Origin: Mobula hypostoma
Lineage: Eukaryota
Direction of reading: 5' to 3'
Length of the DNA: 64,000 nt
Assembly (NCBI RefSeq): GCF_963921235.1
Contig: NC_086097.1
Span: 180,174,001 to 180,238,000 of the forward strand
In this document: piece after piece, positions 49,015 through 63,163 of the stretch
Layout: every line of letters starts with the position of its first letter
Position numbering within the stretch: the stretch's first letter is position 1
Made by a program: the position numbers and the translations under genes
Notes under the pieces: model-generated
Database searches by the model: none
What the model saw: only the letters and a program-made list of their open reading frames with translations
Told to the model about the DNA's origin: nothing

Positions 49015-49650
49015 GTCCATAAGCCATAGGAGCAGAATTAGGCTGCTTGGCTCATCAAGTCTGCTCCACCATTCAATCAGGGCTGATTCCTTTTTCCACT
49101 CCTCAATCCCATTTCCCTGGTCTTCTCCCCATAACCTTTGATACCATGTCTAATCAAAAACCTATCAATCTCTGCCTTAAATACACCCAATGAACTAGGC
49201 TCCACAATTGTCTGTGTTAACAAATTCCATAATTCACCACCCTCTGGCTAAAGAAATTTCTCCACATCTCTGTTTTCAATGGACGCCCCTCTATCCTGAG
49301 GCTGTGCCCTCCTGTCCTAGACTCCCCCACCCTGGGAAACATCCTTTCTACATCTACTCTGTCTAGGCCTTTTAACATTCGAAAGGTTTCAATGAGATCA
49401 CCCCTCATCCTTCTAAGTTTCAGCAAGTACAGACCCAGAGCCATCAAACGTTCCTCTTATGATAACCTTTTCATTCCCAGAATCATCCTCATGAACAGCC
49501 TCTGGATCCTCTCCAATGCCAGCACATCTTTTCTAAGATGAGGAGCCCAAAACTGTTCACAACATTCAAGATGTGGCCTTATAAAGGCTCAGCATCACAT
49601 CCTTGCTCTTGCATTCAAGAACTCTTGAAATGAATGCTAACATTGCATTT
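49015..49650 (-). mobile_element. CR1 LINE 3' fragment
   Basis: RRMRGDLIETFRMLKGLDRVDVERMFP...NFFSQRVVN. Confidence 0.8.
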
Positions 49651-49901
49651 GGAATGTTGGTATATTGAGATAGTACAAAGTAAAACAATAAAAGAATCCA
49701 GAATAAAGTGTAACAGCTACAGAGAAAGCATAGTTCAGATAGACAATACAGCGCAAGACCATAACAAAGTAGATTAAGAGGGGATGGTTAAATATTACTT
49801 CATCAATGAAACTTGCAGTGTCTGAATAGTTGGCTCCCACGTTACTGAAGGTTCGTGTAAATAAATATAATGATGTAGTTTAATGTCAGCATGGAACTTA
49901 C

Positions 49902-50005
49902 ACGGTAGCCATTATTATATCTCTGTCAGAGAGAGAGGGGTTCCCAGACTTTGGAGAGACAGGCAGTTCAATTTCAAATTTCGGCATTTTTGTCATCGTT
50001 CCACT
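49902..50005 (-). CDS. RMC1: RMC1 exon ~7
   Basis: cag|SGTMTKMPKFEIELPVSPKSGNPSLSDRDIIMAT(V)|gtaagt. Confidence 0.92.
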
Positions 50006-51566
50006 CTGTAGAGTAAAATTAAAGTCAGTGGCTCCAGAAACACAATCAAACACAAGACACAACACAAAGCGAGCTATCCCTTTGGAATCAGCTCCTCAGG
50101 CTTCCTTAGTAAATCAACTGAGTCCAATCTTCCATCATCTCTTACTCCTCAAGTTATCCCCAATTAGCACTATTACTCGGTGCACAAAAACCGACTGATG
50201 TCAGTCTTGAATTTGCTCATTCATCAGATTTCTTGAAAATTTAAAAGATTTTAAGCTCACTGCACTCAAGGGTAAATGTTCTAAGAAGTGAATTGCTTTC
50301 TAAACAGAATGTTTGAATCTAGTGGGCGATTTATGGGAATGTGTAATTAGCTTGACGGTCAGCACAGACAATGGGCTCCATAACATCCTACCAGACAGGC
50401 CACTGCTGTCTTTCACTCTCCCATTCACATTTCCTCATCCTCCCAGTTTTTATTTCTCTGAGCACATAAAGTTAGATCAGTGATCTCAAACAGCACAAAA
50501 GGCAGCATTGTGAGTTGCATACTCTGTGCTGAGAAACATCTCCTTTATTCTCCTATTGAATTTACAGCAACCACCTTCAGAATCAGAATCAGTCTTATTA
50601 TCACATAGGGGACATGAAAGCCTGGAGGCTAACATAACCACTTCACATCACCAGCAATCGCGGTTCAGTTCCTGCCGCTGTCTGTAAGGAACTTGTAGGT
50701 TCTCCTCATAAACATGGGTTCCTTCTGGACACTCCAGTTTCTTCCCACATTCCAACAGTATCTATATTAGTAAGGATGTGGGCTTGCTATGTTGGTGACA
50801 GAAGCATAGTGACACTTGTGGGCTGCGCCCAGCACTTCCTTGGACTGTGTTGGTCGTTGATGCAAACAACACATTTCACTGTATGTTTTGATGCTTATGC
50901 CAAAGGGTGGTGAATTTGTGGAATTTGTTGCCACATGCAGCTGTGGAGGCCAGGTCATTGGGTGTAGTTGAGGCAGAGATTGATAGGTTCTTGATTAGAC
51001 ATGGCATCAAAAGTTTGGGGAGAAGGATGGGAACTGGGTTTGAGGAGGAGATAGAAAAAAGGATCAGCCATGATTAAATGGTGGAGCAGACTCGATGGGC
51101 CAGATGGCCTAATTCTGCTCCTATGTCTTATGGTCTTATCTGACAAATAAGCTAATCTTTAAAATCTTCAAATAATCTTTAAGTTTGTCATTTTGTGGGA
51201 GCTATACAGTGGAAAGATATAAAGATTACTATTAAATCACAAAATAACTAAATAGTGCAAATAAAGGAATAACAAATCTCCTGAAGGGAAGAAACTGTTC
51301 CTGAATCATTGAGTGCGCGTCTTCAGTGACAGTGACGTGAGTCGCTCTCCATATCAATAGTAATTGTGGCTTAACCAACCAAACCTCCTTTGTAACTTTA
51401 AAGGCCTCTCTTCCTCTTCCTAAGTATAAAAGAACCTTAGTTTCTGTCATCCTTGCTGCAAATCCTTATTTGCATTGTTCCCAATGCTTGTACATTCTTT
51501 TCACAATAGTGAACAGGCGGGTGTACAGATGCTGGGGGCATGATTGGAAAATACAACACAACTTAC

Positions 51567-51707
51567 TTTGAAAATAAATGGCTGTAGGACATTGCCCTGC
51601 ACTGTGGTAGACAGGAGGAGAACAGCACTTTCAGGGCAGTACATGTACCAGTTGACATTGATGCTGTGTGTCTTGAGTAGTTTTAAAGCACGCTTGTCGG
51701 GTAATAC
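51567..51707 (-). CDS. RMC1: RMC1 exon ~6
   Basis: cag|VLPDKRALKLLKTHSINVNWYMYCPESAVLLLSTTVQGNVLQPFIFK|gtaagt. Confidence 0.94.
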
Positions 51708-51729
51708 CTGGGAGCAACAAAAACAATAA

Positions 51730-52520
51730 AGTTAATCAAGTTCATTGTCATATGCACAAGTATACAAATGCACAGGAACAACACAGGTATACCAAGAGAT
51801 ACAACATTTACAAGAAAGTAAATTATACATTTAAAACTATACAAGAGAGAACCCAATTAAAATCATTATGTGCTTTTAGTGAAAACAAAGAGTGATGAAA
51901 ATGGTCTTAGTGTTGCTATACTAAGGAAGTGATTAAAATTGCACAGCTTGGTTCAAGATTCAAATGGTTGAAGGGAAGTAGCTGCTCCTGAACCTAATGG
52001 TGTGGGACTTCAGGCTTCTGTACTCCTGCCTGATTATAGCTGCAAGAAGATGGCATGGCCTGGATGGTGGGGATCTTTGGTGATAGCTGTAGCCTCCAGT
52101 ATATACTACTAATGGTGAGGAGTAATGTGCTAATGATGTACTAGATAGAGTCCACCGCTCTCTGCAGCTTCTTACTTCTTGTGTATTTGAATCGCTGTAC
52201 CAGACCATGATGCAACCTGCCAGGATACTTTCAATACATCTGTAGAAGTATTTTTTCCCCCAAAGAGTGACAAGCTGAGCCTTCCTAACCTCCTCAGAAC
52301 CTCCTCACACTAATGCATCTTTCTCATGATTACATTTGTGTGATGAGCCCAGGGCAGATCATGCGATGTTAATGCCCAGGTATTTTAGGCTGCGAATTCT
52401 CTCCACTCCTGATTCGCCAATGTATGTAGACTGGTGTACATTTACGCTCCTTCCACTTCCTGAAGTCAGCAATCAGTTCGTTCACTGATGCTGAGCGAGA
52501 GATTGCTGTAGCAGCACCAC
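51730..52520 (-). mobile_element. Rex/Babar LINE 3' fragment
   Basis: NELIADFRK; MVWY; YRSLKSHTIRFRSSYFPSTI. Confidence 0.7.
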
Positions 52521-52829
52521 TCAGCCAGGGTGAATTGATGCCACATACTAATCGGTGTACCAGTAACCAAAGGCTGCAGTGTTTGGATGCTTTACACGTT
52601 ATGGTAGACAGTGCTGCACAAGTGATCAAAAATCCAGATTGTTGAACAGGTGGGCATAATTTCCCACCTAACCTCAGCACCCGGGGAATTTAAATTAATT
52701 AATAAATCAGGAATAAACAAAAAACTCACATTGTTAACAGTGATGGTGGAATTAATTGATGGTTAAGTTATTTTACCAAAATCCTTCAGGAGCCCATAGC
52801 TCAGCATCAGTACCAGCTGATATTTCTAG

Positions 52830-53780
52830 CAGGACGAATGTGCATCCTGAACCATGTGGGAAATCACAAACACTCCCAGTCACCTGGGTGACTACAAGAG
52901 CAGCAAGTATCTCCTGCGGCAGCAACCCTGTCTCCTGGTTTCAGTGCCGGAGTCACAGCAAAGTGTTTGCAAGGCTAAGTGGTTTGAGTACAGCACACTT
53001 AATGAAGATGGTCACCCAGTATTAGGCAGGCAGAGAGAGAATGGGGGGGTGGGGGTGACCTTGCAGGCTAGGAGCAGCAAGTAGGTAGTCCACATAGCCC
53101 ACAAATCCTTCTATCTCAAAATGGAAAATGTATGAGTACAGACATTGTATAGGCAGAAGAGATTAGCTTAGTTAGCCATTTGATTACTAACTTAATTGGT
53201 TTGGGCCTATTCCTGTGCTCTACTGTTTTATGTTCTATTAATAGATATGCCTCTTTGGGATGCTGGAGAATATGACAAGTCCTCAGGAGCGCACCAATGG
53301 TTTGGAGAAGAGAGGAACGGCGATAGGGGATTTAATAGTGAAGGGACAGGCAAGTATTCTTCTGGCCAGAGATGAGACTTGAAGAAGACATGCTGCCTCC
53401 TATGTGTCAGGATCAAAGATGTCAAGGAATAGCTGCAAACCAATTTGAAGGAGCAGGGTGAGCAGTGAAAAAGTGAGGTTCCCATGGATACCAACAACAA
53501 AAGAAGAGGGTGAGATTCACTGTTTTTAGGGAGCTAGGAGCAAAGTTAAAGAGCAAAATCATGTAGGTACAGATCTTGGTAACCCTTCCAATACCACAAA
53601 GCAGTGAACAGAGGAAAGGAATGTGTGTCTGGCAGTGGTGCAGGGGTGAGAGTGAGACTCAGGGACCACTTCCAGGACAGTCAGGGCCTGTACAAATTGG
53701 AAGGGACTAGACTCACAGGGCAGAGCCTATAATTGCACTGCTGGTGCCTCTGAAGTGGATTTAAACTATTTCAGCAGGGG
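52830..53780 (+). mobile_element. Highly decayed CR1 ORF1 remnant
   Basis: MWEITNTPSHLGDY (N-terminal-like); DNA similarity to esterase region at 40700-41130. Confidence 0.5.
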
Positions 53781-55878
53781 AATGAGGAACTGAGAGCAGT
53801 CAAGAAGGACAGAAACAAATCTGCAAGTCAAAAACATGGTATGCAAAGTAAAAAGAAGAAACAAATAAAACAGCTGATGCTGAAATTTGACGCACAAATG
53901 TTGGAAGAACTTGGCCAGACAAGCAGCATCTGTGGCAGAGAAACAATGGGAAAAGCTGTAAGGAGGCCAAATATACAGGCACTAAATTGAAATGCAAACT
54001 TCCTTCACGCCAAAGTACTTAAAGTAATGCCACAGATGGTCATAAATGAGTATGATCCAGTTTTCTTCATATACATTCATCTTTGTGACTTGGCCACGCC
54101 TGGAAGGGCAGCATTTATTTTCCCATCTTGTTGAACTTGAGAAGGTAGGTTTGAGTCACTATCCTGACCCACTGCAGTCCTTCTGGGGAAGGTGCTCCCA
54201 AGTACCATTGGGAGGGGAATCCAGGATTTAGACCCAGTAGTGAGGAGGGAAGATAGGATGGTGTGCAACTTGGAGCGGAACCTGCTGGAGGTGGTATTCC
54301 CCTGTGCCTAGCTGCCTTTGCCCTTTTTTTACGGCAGATTTGGAAGGTGCTGTGAGTAACTTTCATCTTTAACCTTTATCTTTTGGTAGTGATGTATTTT
54401 GTAGATGGTCCACAATGCAGACACTGTGGACCAGTAGTAGAAGGGCTGCTAATCAAGCAGGCTGCTTAGTCCTCAGTGGCATTCAGCTCACAAGAGCAGT
54501 TGGTCTGCATTCATCTAGGCAAGAGGAGAGTATTCCTTCGCGTTGCTGATATGTGCCTTGCAGATGGTGGAGAAACTTAGACTGTCAGGAGAATTCCAAT
54601 CTGCTGAGCACTTGCAACAACTGAACTTGCATGGTTGGTCTAGCTGTGGTTCTGGTCAATCAAGCCTTGGTGGAGATGATAATGAATAGGTGGATAGATA
54701 CATACTTGTTTTAGAGACATTTATTGCCTGGCATTCCAGTGGGCATCAATATTACTTGCCAATTTTCATCCCACACGGTAAATGTTGTTTGGGTCTTTCT
54801 ACATGCGGACATTGACTGCTTAACCTGCCAAGGAGTTGGATGCTGCAATTATCAACAAATATCCTCACTTCTAATCTTATGATGGAAGGAAGTCACTGAT
54901 GAAGCAGCCAGAACGACTGGCCTCAAACACAGCCTTGAGGAACCCTGCAGTGGTGTTTTGAGGCTGAGAGACTGGGGAAATATAGATATTCAAGGGACAA
55001 AGTGTGTTTGTTCAGAGTTCAGAGTTCACTGAAAGCAGCAGTTAGAAGGCAAATGGTAACTGACCTTATTGCTGGAGTTTGAGTACAAGAGTAAAGATGC
55101 CCTAACACAACTATACAGGTCTTAGTGAGACTGGACTTAGAGTCTTGGTATAACTTACCTATAATAGGGCAGAATTATTGCATTGAAAATTCACTGAACT
55201 GGTTTGTGGGATGGCAGATCATTCACAAGAGGGATCAAGTAAGCTAGGTCTCTATGCTGGAGTTTAGAAAAAAGAGGACTTCAATAAAGCATACAAAACT
55301 TTAGGTACATTCAGGAGAGAAGATACATGGAGAACATTTCCCATGTTTCACCTGACTAAAGAGCATGGTAGTGGGATGGGGGTGTAATAAGAAGTGGTGG
55401 ATTTTTGGAATTTGCTTCCCCAAAGCTTAATCTCTGGTTACTACAGAAGTTAAGGGATAAGAGGACAAGGCAAATAAATGGTATTTGTGACTCCTTCTAC
55501 AGATATGAGCACATTGGGAAGGCCAGTACTTATCAGCCAACCACAGTGAACCCTGGATGAGGGTGATGGGGAGTCACCCTCTTGAACTGCTCTTTACATC
55601 ACTATAGACAGAGGCAACCTCGTTGTAAAGGAGAAACAAATAAACCAAACTTGTTGTTGAGCATCTTGAAGTTCAAGGTTGGTGACTCACTGAAAGACAG
55701 AGAGTGTACTGGAATACAGAATCCTTTCCAACTGCAAATATTTTCACATGGTTATTACAGAGTTCCTGTTTTCTTACTATTATTGGTGGAGAGAGATGAC
55801 AGATGACAGATGATGAGAAAAACACAGAATAAGATTGTGCATTTAAAAAACATGGCAGCTTGTTAAGATCTTACTTGC

Positions 55879-55965
55879 CTGGTAAAATTCAATTCCTTGG
55901 TCAGTAATAAATACAATTTCATTAGCACTGGTCCAACAGAACCCCAAGATGTTGGCATTTTTGGT
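55879..55965 (-). CDS. RMC1: RMC1 exon ~5 (followed by GC donor)
   Basis: tag|TKNANILGFCWTSANEIVFITDQGIEFYQ|GCAAGT. Confidence 0.92.
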
Positions 55966-56560
55966 CTAAAGTGGAAAAAAATGAAAAGATGTAGTTTAAT
56001 CTGGGGACAAGGAAAAAGTTGCAATTAGACTGAAGATTTTTTAATTAAAATCATTAATCATCAACCAGTGGACTTGTGTTGTTATTACAATTACAAAACA
56101 TAGTTAAGGGAAAGGAAGGACTAACAGATTATTATTCGGATACATAGAAGTTTTAGATGGCACATGGGAGAACATAAGAGTACTTAAGAGTGGCTATCTT
56201 GGGAAAGTCTCCTAAATGGCCTGGCTTGCACTTAAGGTAAAGTCCATTATTCTGGACACAATTTTGGGTTGAGTCCATGATCATTCCTGCCCCTAAACTA
56301 CTATTTCATTGTGTGAAGGAATCCTGCCTCACTATTTTGAGTTTTTGAAGATACGGTGATGATATGATGAAGTGTGAGGAATATAGGGTGAGAGACATTG
56401 CCAATATGGACTTTAGCAAGGCAGTGGACAAAATCACACATGGTAGGCTGCTCCAGAAGCTTCAGGCACAGGGGATTCAAGGCTAACTATAAGTTGGTAA
56501 CAGAAGGCAGAAGGTAGTGATGGAAGGATGCGTTTCTGACTGAAAAACTGTGACTACTGA

Positions 56561-58968
56561 TAGAAACATAGAAAACCTACTGCACAATACAGGCCCTTTG
56601 ACCCACAATGCTGTGCTGAACATGTACTTACTTTAGAAAGTACCTAAGGTTACCCATAGCCCTTTGTTTTTCTAAGCTCCATGTACCTATCCAGAAGTCT
56701 CTTAAAGGAACCTTTCGTATCTGCCTCCACCACCATCGCCGGCAGCCCATTTCACGCACTCACCACTCTCTGCATAAAAAACGTACCCCTGACATCTCTT
56801 CTGTACCTGCTTCCAAGAAGCTTAAAACTGTGCCCTCTTGTGTTAGGCATTTCAGCCCTGGGGAAAAAGCCTCTGATTATCCACACAATCAATGCCTCTC
56901 ATCATCTTACACATCTCTATCAGGTCACCTCTCATCCTCCGCCACTCCAAGGAGAAAAGGCAGAGTTCACTCAACCTATTCTCATTAGGCATGCTCCCCA
57001 ATCCAGACCACATTCTTGTAAATCTCCTCTGCACCCTTTCTATAGTTTCCACATCCTTCCTGTAGTGAGGTGACCAGAACTGAGCATAGTACTCCAAGTG
57101 TGGTCTGACCAGGGTCCTATATAGCTGTAACATTACCTCTCGGTTCTTGAACTCAATCCCACAGCTGATAAGAGCCAATGCATCGTATGCCTTCTTAACC
57201 ACAGAGTCAACCTGCACAGCAGCTTTGAGTGTCTTATGTACTCAGACCCCAAGATCCCTCTGATCCTCCACACTGCCAAGAGTCTTACCATTAATACTAT
57301 ATTCTGCCATATTTGACCTACCAAAACGAACCACCTTACACTTACCTGAGTTGAACTCTGTCTGCCACTTCTCTGCCCAGTTTTGCATCGTATCGATGTC
57401 CCGCTGTAACCTCTGACAGCCCTCCACACTATGCACAAAAACTCCAACATTTGTGTCATCAGCAAGTTCACTAGTCCACCCCTCCACTTCCTCATCCAGG
57501 TCATTTACAAAAATCGTAAAGAGAAGGAGTCCCAGAACAGATTCCTGAGGCACACCACTGGTCACTGAACTCCATGCAGAATATGACCCATCTACAACCA
57601 CTCTTTTGCCTTCTGTAAGCAAGCCATTTCTGGATCCATAACGCAAGGTCCACTGGGATCCCATGCCTCCTTACTTTCTCAATAAGCCTTGCATGGGGTA
57701 CCTTATCAAATGCCTTGCTGAAATCCATAAACACTACATCTACTACTCTACCTTCATCAATGTGTTTAGTCACATCTTCAAAAAATTCAATCAGGCTCGT
57801 AAGGCACAACCTGCCTTTCACAAAGCCATGTTGACTATGTCTAATTATATTATGCCTCTCCAAATGTTCATAAATCCTGCCTTTCAGGATCTTCTCCATC
57901 AACTTACCAACCACTGAAGTAAGACTCACTGGTCTATAATTTCCTAGGCTATCTCTACTCCCTTTCTTGAATAAGGGACCAACATCTGCAACCCTCCACT
58001 GTCACACTTGATTGGTCCTATTCTCTCACATCTTATCCTCTTGTTCTTCACATACTTGTAGAATGCCTTGGGGTTTTCCTTAATCCTGCTCGTCAAGGCC
58101 TTCTCATGGCCCTTTCTGGCTCTCCTAATTTCATTCTTAAGCTCCTTACTGTTGGCCTTATAATCTTCTAGATCCCTATCATCACCTAGTTTTTTGAACC
58201 TTTCATATGCTTTTCTTTTCTTCTTGACTAGATTTTCAACAGCCTTTGTACACCACAGTTCCTGTACCCTACTATCCTTTCCGTCTCATTGGAACGCACC
58301 TATGCAGAACCCCACACAAATATTCCCTGAACATTTGCCACATTTCTGCCATATATTTCCCTGAGAACATATGTTCCCAATTAATGCCTCCAAGATCTTG
58401 CCTGATAGCCTCATATTTCCCTTACTCCCATTAAATGCTTTCCTAACTTTTCTGTTCCTATCCCTCTCCAATGCTATGGTAAAGGAGGTAGAACTGTGAT
58501 CACCATCTCCAAAATGCTCTTCCACTGAGAGATTTGACATCTGACCAGGTTCAATTCCCAATAACAGATCAAGTACAGCCTCTTCTCTTGTAGGCTAATC
58601 CACATATTGTGTCAAGGAACTTTCCTGAACACACCTAACAAACTCCACCTGATCTAAACCCCTCAATTTAGGGAGAAGTCAATCAATATTTGGGAAATTA
58701 AAATCTTCCACGACAACTCTTATTATTACACCTTTCCAGAATCTGGCTCCCTATCTGCTCCTTGATGTCCTTTTACTATTGATTATTCTATAAAAAACAC
58801 CCAGTAGAATTATTGACACCTTCCTATTTCTAACTTCCACCTACAGAGACTCGGTAGACAATCCCTCCATGACTTCCTCCTTTTCTGCAGCCACGACACT
58901 AACTTTGATCAGCAGTGTCACTCCCCCACCTCTTTTGCCTCCCTCCCTGTCCTTTCTGAAACATCTAA
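56561..58968 (-). mobile_element. 5'-truncated CR1 LINE (endonuclease part plus RT), same family as 9229-12578
   Basis: RKDREGGKRGGGV; EHFGDGDH; SLTSVVGKLME; DFSKAFDKVPH; ELADDTN; tail tagaaacatagaaaacctac. Confidence 0.9.
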
Positions 58969-58969
58969 G

Positions 58970-59600
58970 GTTAGGGCTACGAAAAAGGCATATGGCATGC
59001 TTATCTTCATAACTGACAGCACAGAATACAGGACTTGAGATGCTATGTTGTAATTTTACAAACCTCTGGTTAGACTGCATCTGGAGCAGTGTGTGTAGTT
59101 CTGCTCAGCACACTATAGGAATGATGTAGTTGCGCTGGAGAAGAGTCAGAGGGGATTCACCAGGATGTTGCCTGGTTTAGAGGAAGGACTGGAGGGGTTA
59201 GATTTGCTTTTCCTGGAGCGAAGGAAGCTGAAGGGTACCCTAATAGAGCAATATAAAATTATAAGTACCATTGAGAAGACATAAAATCTAATTCTCATAG
59301 TTGGGATATCAAAACCAAGAGGGCATGGGTTTAAGGTGAGAGGAAGGAGTTTTAAAGGGGACTGGATGGGCAATGCTTTTTTAAAATACAGAGAGTTTGA
59401 TATCTGGAGCTCACTGACAGAGGAGCTGGTGGAATCAGATACGGTCATTATGCTTAAGAGATATTGAAACCGACTCCGACTCTTGGTTAAGCAAGGTGTA
59501 GGAAAATGCAGACTTGGAACTAACGTAGATGGGCTAAAAGGTTGGCATAGACACAATAGGTTAAAGGGTCTGCTTCTGTGCTGCATGACTCCATGACTCT
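58970..59600 (+). mobile_element. CR1 LINE 3' fragment
   Basis: YKPLVRLHLEQCV; FTRMLPGL; KPRGHGFKVRG. Confidence 0.7.
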
Positions 59601-59745
59601 ATAAACAGCAGCAAATTCAACAGAGCACACCACATCCATAGAAATGGGATTAAGTTTATATTATTATCAGTGACAGTCAATTGTCAGCAGGACCTTAAGG
59701 GGCTGAAAGGCCTCTTCCTATACTGTACCTCTCTACAACTATTAC

Positions 59746-59802
59746 CTTGCATTCCTGTGAGTATTCTGTTGAAGGCAGATCAGGAATGAAGTTGATAAAA
59801 TC
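59746..59802 (-). CDS. RMC1: RMC1 exon ~4
   Basis: tag|DFINFIPDLPSTEYSQECK|gtaata. Confidence 0.9.
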
Positions 59803-59887
59803 CTACAAAACATGAGAAATGTTAGTCCACAGCATGACACTTCCTTATGAAAATCTTTGAAGAAAGAGGCTGTGAAACACTCCTCAC

Positions 59888-59972
59888 CACAGCCTTCAGT
59901 GTCCGTTGCACAGCTAAAATCTTGTTCCCAAATGAAAATTTGATGCACTTTACTTCTCCTTTGTCTTCCATT
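59888..59972 (-). CDS. RMC1: RMC1 exon ~3 (most 5' exon found in window)
   Basis: aag|(R)MEDKGEVKCIKFSFGNKILAVQRTLKAV|gtgagg. Confidence 0.92.
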
Positions 59973-59999
59973 CTTTGAAAAGAACAAAAAAAAAATGAC

Positions 60000-60412
60000 A
60001 GAACAGACTCTACAGTTGCTGGAAATCTTGAGCAATATGCACAAAGTGTCAGGCGGCATCTATGGAAGGAAATAATCAAAGTTTCAAGCTGAGACCCTTC
60101 ATCAGGGCTGGAAAGAAATGAGGCAAAAGGTGGGAGGAAGAAGGACAAGATGGCAGGTGATAGGTGAGACCAGGTGAAGGGGAAGGTGGGTGGATTGGGG
60201 GGGGGAATGAAGTAAGAAACTAGGAGGTGATAGGTGGAAGAAATAAAGGGCTGATGAAGAAGGAATCTAATAGTAGAGGACAGTGGACCATGGAAGAAAG
60301 GGAAGGTGAAGGGGATCCAGAGAGAGATGATGGGCAGGTGAGCAGAAGAGGAGAGATGGTAACCAGATGCTGCCTGGCTTGCTGAGTCACTTCAGCATTT
60401 TATGTGTGTTGT
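60000..60412 (-). mobile_element. Penelope-derived element with hammerhead core and short inverted arm
   Basis: Minus strand CTGATGA a ggg tctcag ctt GAAAC at 60081-60105; arm cagatgctgcctggcttgctgag (60364-60412) inverted to 60010-60062. Confidence 0.65.
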
Positions 60413-61049
60413 CAAAAAAAATACTGGCTTTAAGAATTTCAATCGCTGCTCTTTCCTGAGAGCTGACAAGGGTGTGAACAGAATGGGGCAAGAGGAGGAT
60501 TCAGACCACATGTAAGTGAAGAGAGGTTGGAAAATTCAAGCAAATTTGTTGAGATTTTCTACATTGCTTCACACCAGGATGTACAAGTCTCTATTAACCC
60601 ATCCAAAGCATTGATAGGATGATGAAAAGATATTAAGGCCCCAGCACAGGTTCTTAAGAAACAACAGCAGTCATTCACAGTTGGTGTGGAAGCAGATGCA
60701 ATAGTGGCAGTTAACAGGATGTTAGACACATGAGTGTTCAGGGAAGAGATCATGTATAGGCAGAAGAGATTTCGTTTAACCTGGCATCATGTTCAGCACA
60801 ACACAAAGGGCTGAAGAGCCTGTTCCTGTTCTATGTTCTAAGTTACTTCATATTCATTCCTGAATTTGCTGCCAATTTCACATTAATAACAGATTGCATA
60901 TTTAACATCAATTTAGCATCAAGATTTGGCCCATTAAAGTCTTATAGTGGAAAAACCATATAGAAGATTCCAGGACTAAAATATTAATAACAGAAGTACT
61001 TGTTACCAGAACCTGGAGTCACTTTCTTTTGCCACACCATTTGCAAAGA

Positions 61050-61390
61050 CAGAAAAATACACCAGTATAATTGAAGCCTGCCTGAAGCAGGTGGGTACCT
61101 CAGACTGCAAAAGCACAGGTCTTTAGTACTTGGCCAGGTACCCCGTCTGGGCCGCATGCTTCTTGTGGGTTCACCGCCTGAAGGCTGCTTGCACACCAGG
61201 CTGAGACTGAAATCACAGAGGCTGTCCAAGCTTGTGATGATTCCTCCATGTTGTCGCAGTCAAAGCGAGCATAGAAGGCATTGAACTTATTGGAAAGCAA
61301 AAGCCTGCTATCACCTACGTCACTTGATATAACTTTATAAGATGTGATCATATTCAAACCCTGCCACAACTATCGAGCATCCTTCATGTA
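61050..61390 (-). mobile_element. Rex/Babar LINE internal fragment
   Basis: WQGLNMITSYK; FNAFYARFD; VNPQEACGPDGVPGQVLKTCA. Confidence 0.75.
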
Positions 61391-63163
61391 ATGTTTGAGT
61401 AATATTGTAAATATGTTGTTTGATTACGCAAACTTATTCGTTTACATAATTCATTATGGTTTATATGTAACAAGTACTGTACATCATTATGCCACCACAC
61501 CACTAAAAGAAGAGTAAGAGAAATTGAATCCCCGGCTCCTGTGTTTTTTCTTTTGATTAGTTTTTGGAGTTACAAAACATAACAACTAGTACAATTTCTT
61601 CTCAGAGTAATCAGCAGTGCAAACTATTGCCTTGTCATTAATGTCATTTCTCTGTAGCAAGAAATGCATTCCAATACTGTATATGTTTTTACAAAATCAC
61701 TACAGGAACATTTTTTAAGAATCAGAACAAGACTGTTTCTCCTTTTTATTCATAGCTCAAATCAAAAAGTGAAATGAAGGTTCCAAAAGAATGATGCCGA
61801 ACTATTTCTATCATTCACGTGTCAACCAGCACAGAAGCAAGCTGCAATGCACCGCCACAATCAGGAACCTCTAAGTTTCTATCTCTACCACTAGGTCCCA
61901 CCTTTGCACATACTGGAGTTGTGGAGAATTAAGTGCTGCTTTCATCAAACACGTATACAGCTGTTTCACCACCCAGGCCTGCTTTACACAGCATACAGAT
62001 CACAATCACTAGAAATAGTTTAGGATCATATTCTATTTTAATGGTGATTGGAGGAAAGTACAGGAAGATATCAGAGGTAGGTCTTTCTTACACAGACAGC
62101 GGTAGGTGCATGGAACACACTGCGCGAGGTGGTGGTTGAGGGCGATACATTAGGGATATTTACTAGAATCTTAGCTAGGTTCATGGAAAAAAGAAAAATG
62201 AAAGACCACGTGGGAGGAAGGTGTTGAATTGATCTTGGAGTAGGTTAAAAGGTTGGTACAACATCATGGGCTGAAGGGCGTCTACTGTGCTGTACTGTTC
62301 TATGTTCAATGTACGGCTTTGGAGACACTGCCATGAACAGCTCCCACTTCTGTTTCCCTCTTTGACTTTCTTGCACTTCCTCTAGCCCTGCACCTTCACC
62401 CATTCAGATAACTAATCACTTCTACCCTCCAAACCATCACAATTTCCCCTTTGTTCTTTGGCCAACTGTCTTCCCTAACCCTTAACTTCCTTACCAACGG
62501 CTCAACAGCATTCCTTCCTCTCTACAAAATGTGGACAAAAACTTTTAAGGAAAGAGAACCATTTCACAACATTGTGAGTCCAAGTCCCATTATTGGGGAC
62601 TTCTGTCTTCTGCTCCATGCATCTTAATAATCTACTGATTGAGCATTTTCCTAAAAGATCAAAATAAAACCTGACTAAAATAGAACACAACTAAATGAAT
62701 CATCCAATCTTGTATGCAAAAACAAGGAAGGCAACAAAATGTGAAACAGTGTTTGGTTACTCTCATGTTCCACAATGTCAGTTGAATCTATACAGACATT
62801 CCTCGACTTGCTTTTATATATTCCTGGAAAACCTTTCTAAAAGCAAAATATTTCAAATATGTGAAATGAATTATGGACATTTGGCATCATGGTAAAGAGT
62901 AATCTGCTAATTGTTACAATAAAAAATATCTTTGTAAATCAAAAGTACATACCTCAAAGAGTCAATGGAGTTATAACCAGAATTCATAAAACAATTATAA
63001 ATCAAGGAATCAAAGCATTTCTATCTCAATATCATAACCACTGTTGTTTTGTTGAAAATGTTCACTGTAATCAATAGCCTGTGACTGCCTTTTTGGAGTT
63101 GAGCTTTTGAAATGCATATACAACCTGGCATTTTTGCAGTTTGAACTGAAGTCTCAAAGGTGC

